Assembly (NCBI GenBank): GCA_024401305.1
Contig: JAKSLI010000012.1
Span: 2,672 to 66,671, forward strand
Source: Bacteroidaceae bacterium
GTDB lineage: Bacteria; Bacteroidota; Bacteroidia; Bacteroidales; Bacteroidaceae
DNA: 64,000 nt
Direction of reading: 5' to 3'
The position numbers were made by a program, and so were the translations under genes. The notes under the pieces are model-generated. The model was given only the letters and a program-made list of their open reading frames with translations. It had not been told where the DNA came from and ran no database searches. Below, piece after piece: positions 20,283 to 30,844 of this stretch (its first letter is position 1; each line of letters begins with the position of its first letter).

Positions 20283-21209
20283 ATGAATAGCACTCGCCTT
20301 ATATCCCTATTGGTTCTTTTCTCTGCCGTGCTGCTTTCTTCGTGTAAAGAAGAGCCAGTGGAGAAGGGTAGGGCGATGTATTACTGGAACACCATCTTCC
20401 GCTTGGATTCCGTGAAGGAGCAATTCCTTTCCGACCATCATGTAGAGCGTATCTATGTGCGCTATTTCGATGTCGTTCAAGATGCCAATGGTGATCCTGT
20501 TCCTAACGCAACAATACAATTTGACAGTGCCGTAAGTTGTAGGCAGGAGATTATTCCTACGGTTTACATCCACAACGAGTGTATGCGAAAGAAGCCTAAG
20601 GGACTAGCCGAAAAACTCCTTGCCCGACTACTGCAGATGAACGAGACGCACTATATCGGAAAGGTTCAAGAGATACAAATAGACTGCGACTGGACTCAAA
20701 CCACACGCCAGAACTTCTTTTCTTTCCTTGAGGAGCTTCACGGCATGACCAAGGAGAAAGGCATCACGCTCTCTGCCACAATACGTCTTCATCAGCTATC
20801 GCAGCCGGTTCCTCCCGTCGATTGCGGTGTGCTGATGGTTTACAATACAGGCAATCTCCGAAAACTTGAAGTGGAGAAACCAATCATCGACATCAACGAT
20901 GTGAAGCCTTACCTCAAGCACCTTGAAAGCTATGAGCTGCAAATGTCATCGGCTTTCCCAATCTATAAATGGGATTTAGTGTTCCGAAACGGAAAGTTTG
21001 TTGACATCATCCATGAGGAAGGCGATGTGCCAATGCTTGAGACCGACACTATAGTCACCCGCGAACCTACGCTTCAGGACATCCTCGAATGCAAGAAAGC
21101 CGTTGCCCACAACAAGCCCGAATGCATGCGTGAGATTATTCTATTCGACTTAAATAATTATAATATAAACCGTTATACATCAGAAGATTATGAAAAGATT
21201 TTTGATTAG
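20283..21209 (+). CDS. Lipoprotein with GH18-like TIM barrel (DUF3142-like)
   Basis: Lipobox LLSSC; YYW.T, YVRYFDV, EIQIDCDW, LSATIRLHQ, GVLMVYNTG. Confidence 0.65.
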   Translation: MNSTRLISLLVLFSAVLLSSCKEEPVEKGRAMYYWNTIFRLDSVKEQFLSDHHVERIYVRYFDVVQDANGDPVPNATIQFDSAVSCRQEIIPTVYIHNECMRKKPKGLAEKLLARLLQMNETHYIGKVQEIQIDCDWTQTTRQNFFSFLEELHGMTKEKGITLSATIRLHQLSQPVPPVDCGVLMVYNTGNLRKLEVEKPIIDINDVKPYLKHLESYELQMSSAFPIYKWDLVFRNGKFVDIIHEEGDVPMLETDTIVTREPTLQDILECKKAVAHNKPECMREIILFDLNNYNINRYTSEDYEKIFD

Positions 21210-23295
21210 CCTATCAGTTCTCTTTTCTTTTGCATCAGCAGCAAATGCCTGCGGTTATGATGACCAGTCAGATAAGTACTACATGTTCAGCTATTGCGAT
21301 AACTCCTTCCGCGAAAACTACGAAAATTCGATGGATAAGTTCTGGATGGAATATTGCAAGAAGGACTATCGCCCTTGGCACGATGAACTCGTTAAAGCAG
21401 CTAAGGCGAAGAACGATCGTGACATGCTCGTCTATCTCCAACAGCTCAAGGCATATTCCGATATAAGCGACGATGTACAGAACACATGGAACTATCCTAC
21501 TGCTCTTGATCTCGCCAAGCGTAAACAGAATCTGCGAAACATCATAACTGTTGCAAATGCTAATCTTGGCGGCAAGTACGGCAATCGCTGGGCATTGCTC
21601 AAGATGCGTGCAAACATGCTTCTCGACAATCATCAGGACAATATCACATTCTTCACAACCAAGACTAAGAATTATCCGAACGACTGCTACAAGGACATGA
21701 TGCGAAACATCTATGCCCGCGACCTTCTCCTTACTGGCAAGAAGCAGCAGGCATGGAACATCTATGCTGAGCAGAACGACCAACAGAGCCTTCTTTGGAG
21801 TGTCCGCAAGTTCACTAACCTTGCCGGCATTAAGTCAATCTGTGCAGAAGATGCCAATGCACCTGTTCTCAACTATCTTGTGCAGACATATGTCAATCGC
21901 ATCCAATCGCTCATCGACGAGCGCGAAAATGAGATGCCTTACCTAGACTATACGAATGTCATTTGGGGTAGAGCTTACGCGCAAGTATCTGGCAATCAGT
22001 CCGCTGAGTTCAAGAATTTCATTGCTCATGCAAAGCAGATGGCACAAGGTGGACAGAGCAGAGTTCCATGTATGTGGATGAGTGCTGCTGCCCTTGTAAA
22101 CTATTTCCTAAACGATTACAAGCAGGCTAACCAATGCATTGACCTTGCAATGAACATGCGTGGCACAGACGCAATGAAGAACAATGCTCGCCGCATCCGT
22201 ATGCTCATAAAGCCTACAGTTACCAATATCCAAAGCAGTGAGTTCAGGTCTTTCATAGCACAGGAACTCCGTTGGCTTGACTCTCAGGTTAGGAAGGATG
22301 GTTATAGCAACGAAGCCATGGCTCGCGAAAGAATCATAAAGCATGTTCTTGCCGACGAATATAATCGCATGAACGATGCCACAACTGTTCTAGCGCTCAA
22401 TGCCGTTGCCGACTTCAACGATTACAACAAATACAGCGATTATTACCGTGGTCGCTTCAACTATTCTAGTACTTCGTTCGATTTGATGAAGAATATGACA
22501 GCCAAAGAGGTTGAGCAGTTCTTCAATACTCTCGACAGCAACAGTTCCGACGCTCTCTCATCTTATTTCTCAGAAAGACTCGCTTCTCGCTACTCTGCCG
22601 ATTTCCGCAACGATCTCATCGGCACAAAGCTCCTTGCAGAAAACAAACTCGCCGATGCGCTGCCATATCTCCAGAAAGTTCAGCGCGCATATCTTGAAGA
22701 CCAGGCTATAGCTTACTATGTTTATCAGCGCGATTACAAGACTCCGTTCTGGAATGGTTTCCAGACACTTGAGGCAGATATGTATGACGAAGAAGGCGAA
22801 CCTATCAAATATCCGCTCAAGGGCAATGTTAAGATTAACTTCTGCAAGGATGTCATCGCTCTCCAGAACAAGTACGGTGCTGCTGATGTTGACAGTCGCA
22901 AGCAGATAGCTTACCAACTTGCAGGCTATTACTATCAGGCATCTTACAAAGGCCAGTGCTGGTTCCTCACACATTACGGACAAAGCATTATGGATGAGCA
23001 GAATCCAAAGGAAGCAAATTTCCCTGCCATCGCTCGCAAATATCTTCAGGACGCAGCATCATCAACCGACAACAACCTGAAGCTTGCAGCCATGTTTGCC
23101 CAGATAGCAACCGCACCAGACCGCTGGGGTGAGTATGTATATGATGCAGACTACAACCAAGTCTTCCAAATCAACTATGCATCAGAGCAGTACGCAGCTC
23201 TCAAGAAACTCAACAACTACGTTCGCACTACAGGCTTCGAACCGGAATACATCTCTAACTGTGATGTAATCGAACAGTTCCGCAATAATCTTTAG
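21190..23295 (+). CDS. Exported alpha-helical (TPR-like) hypothetical protein
   Basis: Signal peptide ending ANA|CG; Ala/Tyr-rich helical pattern; overlaps the upstream gene by 20 nt. Confidence 0.75.
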   Translation: MKRFLISLSVLFSFASAANACGYDDQSDKYYMFSYCDNSFRENYENSMDKFWMEYCKKDYRPWHDELVKAAKAKNDRDMLVYLQQLKAYSDISDDVQNTWNYPTALDLAKRKQNLRNIITVANANLGGKYGNRWALLKMRANMLLDNHQDNITFFTTKTKNYPNDCYKDMMRNIYARDLLLTGKKQQAWNIYAEQNDQQSLLWSVRKFTNLAGIKSICAEDANAPVLNYLVQTYVNRIQSLIDERENEMPYLDYTNVIWGRAYAQVSGNQSAEFKNFIAHAKQMAQGGQSRVPCMWMSAAALVNYFLNDYKQANQCIDLAMNMRGTDAMKNNARRIRMLIKPTVTNIQSSEFRSFIAQELRWLDSQVRKDGYSNEAMARERIIKHVLADEYNRMNDATTVLALNAVADFNDYNKYSDYYRGRFNYSSTSFDLMKNMTAKEVEQFFNTLDSNSSDALSSYFSERLASRYSADFRNDLIGTKLLAENKLADALPYLQKVQRAYLEDQAIAYYVYQRDYKTPFWNGFQTLEADMYDEEGEPIKYPLKGNVKINFCKDVIALQNKYGAADVDSRKQIAYQLAGYYYQASYKGQCWFLTHYGQSIMDEQNPKEANFPAIARKYLQDAASSTDNNLKLAAMFAQIATAPDRWGEYVYDADYNQVFQINYASEQYAALKKLNNYVRTTGFEPEYISNCDVIEQFRNNL

Positions 23296-23524
23296 GCAAA
23301 TCCATAAAATGTAGAAGTAGGATAAATATATGAGTAGGAGGTAATCATGCTTGAAGTAAATCTTTTTGGGTAAACGATATTTTATTTCATTTGCCAACAA
23401 ATTATTGTAAAAGCAATAATCTTAAAAGCGTTAAAATGGCAAATTTTGAATCTATCGAAGTTGTGAACTTTACGGTCTGAAATATATTACTCTCTCTCTT
23501 TCTCAAAGCTCATGACATGGAGTG

Positions 23525-24484
23525 TCATTCTGTTGCGGTTTTGGGCTTTGCATCCTTCTCAGCATCGTAAGCCTTGACAATCTTGTTTACAAGGTGATGG
23601 CGCTGGATGTCTTTCCCGCTCATTTTTATTATTGAAATCTCGGGAATTGAATGGAGTAGGGTAGTGGCCTCTATCAGTCCGCTGCGTACTCCACGAGGCA
23701 AGTCAATCTGGGCAGGATCGCCAGTAATGATCATCTTCGAATTCCATCCCATACGAGTAAGGAACATTCTCATCTGTGCTGAAGTGGTATTCTGTGCTTC
23801 ATCAAGAATAACAACGGCATCCGAAAGTGTTCTTCCTCGCATAAATGCCAACGGGGCTATCTGAATGACATTCTTTTCCATCATGTCAGATAGTTTTGCC
23901 TGCGGAATCATGTCTTCCAAAGCATCGTAAAGCGGCTGCAGATAAGGGTCGATCTTGTCCTTCATATCACCAGGAAGAAAACCGAGTTTCTCGCCAGCTT
24001 CTACAGCGGGGCGCGAAAGGATTATCTTCTTTATCTGCTTGTCTTTCAGTGCCTTGACTGCAAGAGCGATGCTGAGATAAGTTTTACCTGTTCCTGCAGG
24101 ACCAATGGCAAAGACCATGTCCTTGGCGTAGAAAGAGTCAATCAGTTGTTGCTGGTTTTCCGACTTAGCCTTAATTGCCTTGCCATTGACATTATAGCAG
24201 ACAACTCCCGTAACGGATTCGTCGTTTGTTTTTTCGCCATTAGTAATGTCAAGGATGTCCTCAAGAGAAATCTTGTTGTAATGATACAAATGTTTCTCCA
24301 TTGAGGTTATTACCTTGCTGACGGTATCCAATTCCTTTTCTTCGCCGTAGAGCTTCAAGACATTGTCTCTTCCTACGATGCGAACTTTCGGATAAAGCGA
24401 GCGAAGCATCTGAAGATTTGCATTTTTCACTCCGTAGAACATTACGGGGCTCACTTCATTCAATATGATAGTAAGTTCTTTCAA
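23525..24484 (-). CDS. phoH: PhoH-family ATPase (YbeZ-like)
   Basis: GPAGTGKT, RPAVEAGEKLGFLPG, PLAFMRGRT, DEAQN; TTG start. Confidence 0.95.
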   Translation of the reverse strand: MKELTIILNEVSPVMFYGVKNANLQMLRSLYPKVRIVGRDNVLKLYGEEKELDTVSKVITSMEKHLYHYNKISLEDILDITNGEKTNDESVTGVVCYNVNGKAIKAKSENQQQLIDSFYAKDMVFAIGPAGTGKTYLSIALAVKALKDKQIKKIILSRPAVEAGEKLGFLPGDMKDKIDPYLQPLYDALEDMIPQAKLSDMMEKNVIQIAPLAFMRGRTLSDAVVILDEAQNTTSAQMRMFLTRMGWNSKMIITGDPAQIDLPRGVRSGLIEATTLLHSIPEISIIKMSGKDIQRHHLVNKIVKAYDAEKDAKPKTATE

Positions 24485-24560
24485 TTTCTTTCCTTTTAGA
24501 TGAGAACTATGGTATCACCATACCTCTCTATTTATCATAATGCCGATACCGACAAATATT

Positions 24561-25250
24561 CTACTTCTTTACGATTTCTATAAGTTCAACCGTGAAGATA
24601 AGAGCTTCGTTTGGTTTGATGTTTTCTCCTGCGCCACGTTCACCGTAAGCGAGTTCGGAAGGAATGAAGACTTCCCACTTGGAACCTACAGGCATTAATT
24701 GCAATGCTTCTGTCCAACCCTTGATGACTTGCGTTACGCCAAACTCGGTTGGTTCGCCGCGCTTGATCGAGGAATCGAATACATTTCCGTCAATTGTGCG
24801 ACCTTCATAGTGAACCTTTACATTGTCGTCTTTTGTCGGAATAGCTCCCTTGCCTTTTGTAATCACGCGATACTGAAGACCGCTAGCGGTTTTCTGAATG
24901 CCTTTCTTCTTTGCATTTTCTGCAAGGAATGCGTCGCCTTTAGCCTTGTTTTCAGCAAGAGTTTTTTTATGAGCTTCCTCCACGGCATTATTGAGCATCT
25001 GCATTGCCTGTTGACCAGACAAGGAAACTTCTTTGCCGTTAAGCATCTCCATAGCTGTTTGGAGGCAAAGTTTCTCGTCGAACTCAACGCCCATACGTTC
25101 GAAATTCTTACGGCTCATATCAAGAAGTTGCTTGACATTTTCACCTACAAAGACACCTACTGCATAACTTAATGAGTCTTTTGGCATGCCCTGTGCAAAG
25201 ATTGGAGCAGCGCTGGCAAGGAAAAGAATATTTAGTATTATTTTTTTCAT
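24561..25250 (-). CDS. FKBP-type peptidyl-prolyl isomerase (signal peptide)
   Basis: [38 protein letters not shown]. Confidence 0.93.
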   Translation of the reverse strand: MKKIILNILFLASAAPIFAQGMPKDSLSYAVGVFVGENVKQLLDMSRKNFERMGVEFDEKLCLQTAMEMLNGKEVSLSGQQAMQMLNNAVEEAHKKTLAENKAKGDAFLAENAKKKGIQKTASGLQYRVITKGKGAIPTKDDNVKVHYEGRTIDGNVFDSSIKRGEPTEFGVTQVIKGWTEALQLMPVGSKWEVFIPSELAYGERGAGENIKPNEALIFTVELIEIVKK

Positions 25251-25278
25251 TATAGATATACTTTATTATATACAAGAA

Positions 25279-25298
25279 TAGGGGAGCGCACTCCCCTA
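25279..25298. other. GC-rich intergenic hairpin
   Basis: taggggag-cgca-ctccccta between FKBP genes. Confidence 0.45.
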
Positions 25299-25353
25299 CT
25301 CTATGGTTTGATTATATTTAAAAGATTGATATAATCTATTGAAATTCAAACGA

Positions 25354-26256
25354 TTAGTTCATCTGAATCTGTGGCATCTGTGGCTGAGCTGCAGCCTTTT
25401 CAATGCTAATAAGCTCTACCTTGAATACGAGTGGAGAGAATGCAGGGATGAGTTCGCCTGCAGCCTGCTCACCGTAAGCGAGGTTGTAAGGGATAACGCA
25501 CTCCCAAGTAGAACCTACTGGCATTTCCTTGAGAACTTCCTGCCAACCCTTGATAACCTGAGCAAGTGCCAATGTAGCAGGCTCCTTACGCTCGTAAGAT
25601 GAGTCGAATACCTTGCCTTCCATGTTCTTGCCTTCGTAATTAACCTTAACTGTTGACTCAGCAGTTGGCTTTGCGCCATTGCCTTCCTTGAGGACCTTAA
25701 AGTAGATACCAGTGTTGCCGAGCTGTTTGTATTCCTTGTTAGCAGCGTACTTCTTCATGAAAGCTTCAGCCTTTGCAATAACATCCTTGTTAGCTTCAGC
25801 CTTCATGGCAGCCATGATGCGCTCAACATTTGCCTGTGCCTGCTCAGCAGTCATCTCAGTCTTTTCGCCATTGATGCCAGCAAGAAGACCTGCCATGAGG
25901 TTGTTGAGAGAGATTGTCTTGGTAGAATCTGCACCATAGCACTCCTGGTTAAGACTTGGAATCATACGCTGAGAGATAACCTGACCCATCTGAATACCAA
26001 CGATGTAAGCCTGCAAGCTCTTGTCGTCAGCCTTCATCTTGGCACCTTCTGCAAGACCCTTGTAGAAGTCATCCATCATAGTTGTGTCAACACCATTCTG
26101 AAGCATAGCCTGCTTGAGACCTTCTGCCTGAGAAAGACCGAATGAGTAAGCAAGAGTATCTGCCTCACTCTCAAGATTTGCCTTTGGAGCCTTGTTGCCA
26201 CAAGAAACTGTCATAATAGCAGCTGCAGCAATTGCGATAAAAGAAATTTTCTTCAT
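25354..26256 (-). CDS. FKBP-type peptidyl-prolyl isomerase (lipoprotein)
   Basis: Lipobox TVSC; VNYEG, VFDSS, VIKGW, LAYG, LVFKVELI. Confidence 0.93.
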   Translation of the reverse strand: MKKISFIAIAAAAIMTVSCGNKAPKANLESEADTLAYSFGLSQAEGLKQAMLQNGVDTTMMDDFYKGLAEGAKMKADDKSLQAYIVGIQMGQVISQRMIPSLNQECYGADSTKTISLNNLMAGLLAGINGEKTEMTAEQAQANVERIMAAMKAEANKDVIAKAEAFMKKYAANKEYKQLGNTGIYFKVLKEGNGAKPTAESTVKVNYEGKNMEGKVFDSSYERKEPATLALAQVIKGWQEVLKEMPVGSTWECVIPYNLAYGEQAAGELIPAFSPLVFKVELISIEKAAAQPQMPQIQMN

Positions 26257-26279
26257 GATTTTTATTTATTTTTTGTGTT

Positions 26280-26885
26280 TTACAATACTTTGAGAAGCTC
26301 AACATCGAAGATAAGAGCTGCGTATGGAGGAATTGAAGCACCAGCACCACGAGCACCATAGCCGAGCATATAAGGGATGAAGAAGCGGAACTTTGCGCCT
26401 TCCTTCATGAGCTGGAGACCTTCTGTCCAGCCTGCGATGACCTGCTGAAGACCGAATGCAGCTGGTTCGCCACGCTGGATTGAAGAATCGAACACAGTGC
26501 CATCGGTAAGCATACCTTCGTAGTGGCACTGAACAGTATCTGTAGCCTTAGGCTGCTTGCCTGTACCTTCCTTGAGGACGATGTACTGAAGACCGCTCTT
26601 TGTAACTACAATGCCTTCCTTCTTTGCATTTTCCGCAAGATACTTCTCGCCTTCTTCCTTGGCAACCTTGCCCTTTTCCTCTGCAAGGCGCTGGTTTTCA
26701 GCTTCCATCTTCTGGAAGAATTCATTCACGATAACCTGTGCTTCCTTATGAGAAATCTTGAGTTCCTTGCCCTTTACAACATCTTCGATGGCAGCAGCGA
26801 AATCAGCGGCTACGATCTGGTGTGCTCCCATGTGAAGGAGCTGGTCTCCGATGCCAAGACCGAGAGAATAACTAAGTTTATCCAT
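26280..26885 (-). CDS. FKBP-type peptidyl-prolyl isomerase (FklB-like, no signal peptide)
   Basis: MDKLSYSLG, SGLQY, CHYEG.L.DG.VFDSS, VIAGWTEGLQLM, IPPY. Confidence 0.93.
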   Translation of the reverse strand: MDKLSYSLGLGIGDQLLHMGAHQIVAADFAAAIEDVVKGKELKISHKEAQVIVNEFFQKMEAENQRLAEEKGKVAKEEGEKYLAENAKKEGIVVTKSGLQYIVLKEGTGKQPKATDTVQCHYEGMLTDGTVFDSSIQRGEPAAFGLQQVIAGWTEGLQLMKEGAKFRFFIPYMLGYGARGAGASIPPYAALIFDVELLKVL

Positions 26886-26919
26886 TTATATTGTTTTATG
26901 TTTTTGGTTTTTAGTTTTT

Positions 26920-26948
26920 TGCACAAAGGGGTTTGACCCTTTTGTGCA
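26920..26948. other. Intergenic stem-loop between folE and the FKBP genes
   Basis: tgcacaaaggggt-ttg-acccttttgtgca; the T-tract lies on the + strand, so it is more likely a stabilising or antisense-terminating hairpin. Confidence 0.5.
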
Positions 26949-26955
26949 TTTTTTA

Positions 26956-27573
26956 TTACATTCTAACCTTGTTGTCCACCATCTTCAGGAACTCTGAACG
27001 CAAGGCAGCGCTTGACTTGAAGCGTCCTGTAAGATAGCTGGAAGTCATCATTCCTTCCTTGCGAGCTCCGCGCATAGTCTTGCAGAGGTGCGTACCTTTC
27101 ATTACAAGAGCCATACCAAGTGGCGGATGTTCGTCGCCAAGAGCTTCCGTGAGCATTTGTACAACATCGCGAGTAAGACGTTCCTGAACCTGAAGTTTGG
27201 CAGCACAATAATCTATAACCCTACCCACTTTCGAGATACCAAGTATCTTTCCCTTAGGATTTGGCAGGTAAGCAAACCAATAGGTGCCGAAGAAAGGCAT
27301 CATGTGATGTTCGCAGCATGAATAGAACGAACCACTGTCAACAATCATTCCGTCATAAACAAGACCGTCATCACCGTTCTGGAAGACCGTAATCTTCGGT
27401 TTTTCGTCTTCCTTATAACCACGGAATATCTCGTCAAACATGCGCACAATACGGTCTGGAGTACCTTGAAGTCCAAGACGATCAGGGTCTTCACCGATGT
27501 ACTTGAAGATAGTTTTGATGCTATCCTCAACCTCTTTTCGAGAAATTCCGTTTTGAATAAGTTCGTTGTTCAT
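26956..27573 (-). CDS. folE: GTP cyclohydrolase I
   Basis: GL.GTP.R, SCCEHHMMPF, GISK, LQVQERLT, HLC..MRG; start set at ATG 27573. Confidence 0.93.
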   Translation of the reverse strand: MNNELIQNGISRKEVEDSIKTIFKYIGEDPDRLGLQGTPDRIVRMFDEIFRGYKEDEKPKITVFQNGDDGLVYDGMIVDSGSFYSCCEHHMMPFFGTYWFAYLPNPKGKILGISKVGRVIDYCAAKLQVQERLTRDVVQMLTEALGDEHPPLGMALVMKGTHLCKTMRGARKEGMMTSSYLTGRFKSSAALRSEFLKMVDNKVRM

Positions 27574-27601
27574 TAGCCTTTTGATTTGCACATTAGAGTC
27601 G

Positions 27602-27609
27602 CAAAATTA
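27602..27609 (-). promoter_or_regulatory. -7 promoter element for folE-FKBP
   Basis: Reverse complement is TAATTTTG. Confidence 0.6.
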
Positions 27610-27704
27610 CTACATTATATATAATAAGCAAAGAAAAAGAGCAAAAAACTGACTCAATTATGCTATAAAACAAATAAAAGACGCACATTTATAAATAAAA
27701 TATG

Positions 27705-27712
27705 TAAATTTG
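27705..27712 (+). promoter_or_regulatory. -7 promoter element for cobB
   Basis: TAAATTTG. Confidence 0.6.
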
Positions 27713-27745
27713 CCCGCGTAAAACATAAATAATAGAACCAAAAGA

Positions 27746-28450
27746 ATGAAAAAGATAGTATTTCTAACCGGTGCTGGAATGTCAGCAGAAAGCGGAATAA
27801 AGACCTTCCGTGACGCTGGTGGACTTTGGGAAGAATACCCTGTAATGCAAGTTGCCTCACACACAGGATGGCTTGAAGATCCAGAACTCGTGAACCGATT
27901 CTACAACGAGCGCCGCAAGCAACTAATAACATGCCAACCGAACGAAGGCCACAAGCTCGTTGCAAAGCTTGAGGAACAGTACGAGATAGCAGTGGTTACG
28001 CAGAATGTTGACAACCTTCACGAGCGTGCTGGCAGCACAAGGGTTGTACATCTTCATGGCGAACTGATGAAGGTATGCTCTTCTCGTGATACGGAAAATC
28101 CACATTTCTGGCGCACGATGACTGCCGACGACTACGAAGTGCAAGCGGGAGAAAAGGCAGGCGACGGCAGTTTGCTCCGCCCATACATCGTGTTCTTCGA
28201 GGAGTCTGTGCCAAAGATGGAAGAAGCTGTAATACTGGCAAACAGCGCAGACATATTCGTAATCATCGGTACTTCGCTGAATGTCTATCCGGCAGCAGGT
28301 CTTGTACGCTATGTAAAGCCGGGAACTCCTGTCTATCTCATTGACCCAAACCCAACCGTAGGTCCAGCTTCAGGCATTGCAAACCTTCACATCATAGCCA
28401 AAGGCGCTTCTGAAGGTATGAAGGAACTCACGGAAATACTTTCAAAATAA
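27746..28450 (+). CDS. cobB: Sir2-family NAD-dependent protein deacylase
   Basis: TGAGMSAESG..TFR, TQNVDNLHERAG, HLHG, GTSL.VYPAA. Confidence 0.93.
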   Translation: MKKIVFLTGAGMSAESGIKTFRDAGGLWEEYPVMQVASHTGWLEDPELVNRFYNERRKQLITCQPNEGHKLVAKLEEQYEIAVVTQNVDNLHERAGSTRVVHLHGELMKVCSSRDTENPHFWRTMTADDYEVQAGEKAGDGSLLRPYIVFFEESVPKMEEAVILANSADIFVIIGTSLNVYPAAGLVRYVKPGTPVYLIDPNPTVGPASGIANLHIIAKGASEGMKELTEILSK

Positions 28451-28460
28451 ACAAGCGAAA

Positions 28461-30830
28461 ATGCGCAAGATAATATTATTTCTCCTTCTGTTCGTTTCTA
28501 CCCTCGCCTACTCCATTCCCGCTAAGCGTATCACAAAGACCGCAACCATCGACGGCAAGCAGGTCAAGCTTACATTCACAGGCAACGAGAAGGTGCATTT
28601 CTGGTTATCAGAAGACGGCAAGAAATACAAACTTAACGAGGACGGAACTTTCAGGATCTACCCAGAATCTTCATTCCAGAAAACAATTGCAAGCAACAAG
28701 TTTGAAGTGAAGAATCAGGAAGCTTCCATTCCGAACACACCTGCTTTTGCCAAAGCAAGAGCAAAGCGAAAGGCTAAATATCAAGGACAAAAGCGCGGAC
28801 TTCTTATCCTTGCAGAGTTTGCTGACAACACTTTCACATCAACTACCAATCCAAGGGAAGACTACCAGAAGCTTGTTGCGGAAGAAAACTATAAGGGTAC
28901 AAAGAATTACGGCTCCGTTCGCGACTATTTCAAGGCACAATCCTACGGTCAGTTTGACTTCGTTCTCGATGTAGTAGGTCCTGTTAAACTATCTCAAGAG
29001 ATGAGCTACTACGGTGGCAACGATAGATATTCAGACGATGACCTTCGCGCAGGAACGATGGTTTGGGAAGCATGCCAAATCGCTGATGAAGAAGTGGATT
29101 TCTCACAATACGATTGGGATGGCGACGGCGAAGTGGAGAATGTTTTCGTACTCTATGCAGGCTATGGCGAGGCGCAAAGCTACAAGGCTAATACGGTCTG
29201 GCCTCACGCTTGGTATCTTTCTGCGGCAAAGGAATATGAGGAAACCATAGGTTCTTGCGTTTTCGATGGCGTAACCATTGATTCATACGCTTGCGGATGT
29301 GAACTTGCCGGCAGTCGCGGATCTGTCCAAGATGGTATCGGAACAATCTGTCATGAGTTCTCCCATTGCTTCGGGTTGCCTGATTTCTATTGCACAGACT
29401 ATAGCCATACTGAATTAGCAATGGATAATTGGTCTATTCTCGACGTAGGTAGTTACGCAGGCAACGGCTATATTCCTGTGTCATATACCGCTTACGAACG
29501 TTGGTTCTGCGGATGGCTTGAACCGACTGAACTTTCTTCACCACAGTTCATTAAGGGCATGTCTAACATAGATGAAAACGGAGAGGCTTACATTATCTAT
29601 AATGATAACAATCCAAACGAATACTACATGCTTCAGAACATTCAGAAGAAGGGTTGGAATTATTCGGCGGGAGGCCACGGATTGCTTGTCATCCATGTTG
29701 ACTACAACGAGAAAGCTTGGGATAACAACACATTAAACAACTACAAGGACCACCTGCGAATGACCCCTATCTGTGCCGACAACAATAGAAGTGGTTATAA
29801 TCTTGCAGGCGACACTTACCCCGGCACATCGAAGAACACAGAGCTTACAGACTTCTCCACTCCAGCGGCTACGCTCTTCAACGCCAATACCGACGGTAAG
29901 AAACTGATGCACAAGCCTATAACAGAAATTGCAGAAAGCTCTGACGGTCTTATTTCCTTCACTTTCATGGGTGGTGTTCACGTTGACATTCCTGAGGCAT
30001 TATCGGCAATGATGAAAGGTAAGGAGATTACTGCCACTTGGAATGACGACATGGCTGATGTTACTTCGTATAACATAAAGTACGGAACATTGAACCCTAA
30101 TTCCGTGGAAGAAAAGATTGTTGTCAACGAAGACTTCTCCAAAACAATGGCAAGCAGCGATAACAACGTCGACATTTCCGCTTCACTCGACAAGTTTCTG
30201 AACACACCTGGCTTTACAGGAACCAAACTTTATTCCGGCAGAAAAGGTTTGAAGATGAGCACAAGTGCGGTTAACGGAGAACTTATCTCGCCAGTTCTTA
30301 CCGAGAGTACTGGCAATATCAGTATTAACCTGAAGTCCGAGATTTACGGCAAGGATGTTTGCACTCTCACAATCAATGTTTACAAGGCTGGCGAAGTATC
30401 ACCGTTCTATGTATCAGAACCAATCGAAGCAGGTAAGGACACTACGATTAATGTTAGCTATGTACCGTCTGAATACAAGGTGCTAATCTCTGCCCAAAGA
30501 CGCTGTTACCTGAGTAAACTTCAAATCATTGGCTCAGAATCTACCCCATACGAGAATGAGACTCTTATCGAAGGTGTGACTTCAATGCCTTACACCTTCA
30601 CGACTGACTTGGAAGCAAGCGAATATTGGATGATGATTCAAGCTGTTGGTCCTGAGGAAAAGACTTCAGAATGGAGCGAGGCGGTATTGTTCACTGGTGG
30701 AGCAAACGCAATAAACAATACCTTCTATACCCCACTCTACAATGCTCAGTATAACCTTAACGGTCAGCGTGTTGGCAAGGATTTCAAGGGCATAATAATC
30801 AAGGGCGGCAAGAAGTATCTCGCTCGTTGA
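28461..30830 (+). CDS. M6-family (immune inhibitor A-like) metalloprotease with T9SS-type C-terminal domain
   Basis: Signal peptide; GSVRDYF..QS.G, DWDGDGEV, HEFSHCFGLPD; C-terminal YNLNGQRV...KGIII.GGKKY. Confidence 0.9.
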   Translation: MRKIILFLLLFVSTLAYSIPAKRITKTATIDGKQVKLTFTGNEKVHFWLSEDGKKYKLNEDGTFRIYPESSFQKTIASNKFEVKNQEASIPNTPAFAKARAKRKAKYQGQKRGLLILAEFADNTFTSTTNPREDYQKLVAEENYKGTKNYGSVRDYFKAQSYGQFDFVLDVVGPVKLSQEMSYYGGNDRYSDDDLRAGTMVWEACQIADEEVDFSQYDWDGDGEVENVFVLYAGYGEAQSYKANTVWPHAWYLSAAKEYEETIGSCVFDGVTIDSYACGCELAGSRGSVQDGIGTICHEFSHCFGLPDFYCTDYSHTELAMDNWSILDVGSYAGNGYIPVSYTAYERWFCGWLEPTELSSPQFIKGMSNIDENGEAYIIYNDNNPNEYYMLQNIQKKGWNYSAGGHGLLVIHVDYNEKAWDNNTLNNYKDHLRMTPICADNNRSGYNLAGDTYPGTSKNTELTDFSTPAATLFNANTDGKKLMHKPITEIAESSDGLISFTFMGGVHVDIPEALSAMMKGKEITATWNDDMADVTSYNIKYGTLNPNSVEEKIVVNEDFSKTMASSDNNVDISASLDKFLNTPGFTGTKLYSGRKGLKMSTSAVNGELISPVLTESTGNISINLKSEIYGKDVCTLTINVYKAGEVSPFYVSEPIEAGKDTTINVSYVPSEYKVLISAQRRCYLSKLQIIGSESTPYENETLIEGVTSMPYTFTTDLEASEYWMMIQAVGPEEKTSEWSEAVLFTGGANAINNTFYTPLYNAQYNLNGQRVGKDFKGIIIKGGKKYLAR

Positions 30831-30844
30831 TGGGAACTCGCATT

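Noticed and set aside
23347-23480. Micro-ORFs MLEVNLFG (after AGGAGG) and MANFESIEVVNFTV as candidate RiPP precursors
   Set aside because: They are too short, have no leader motif and lie far from the RRE triad. SD motifs are also uninformative in Bacteroidota.
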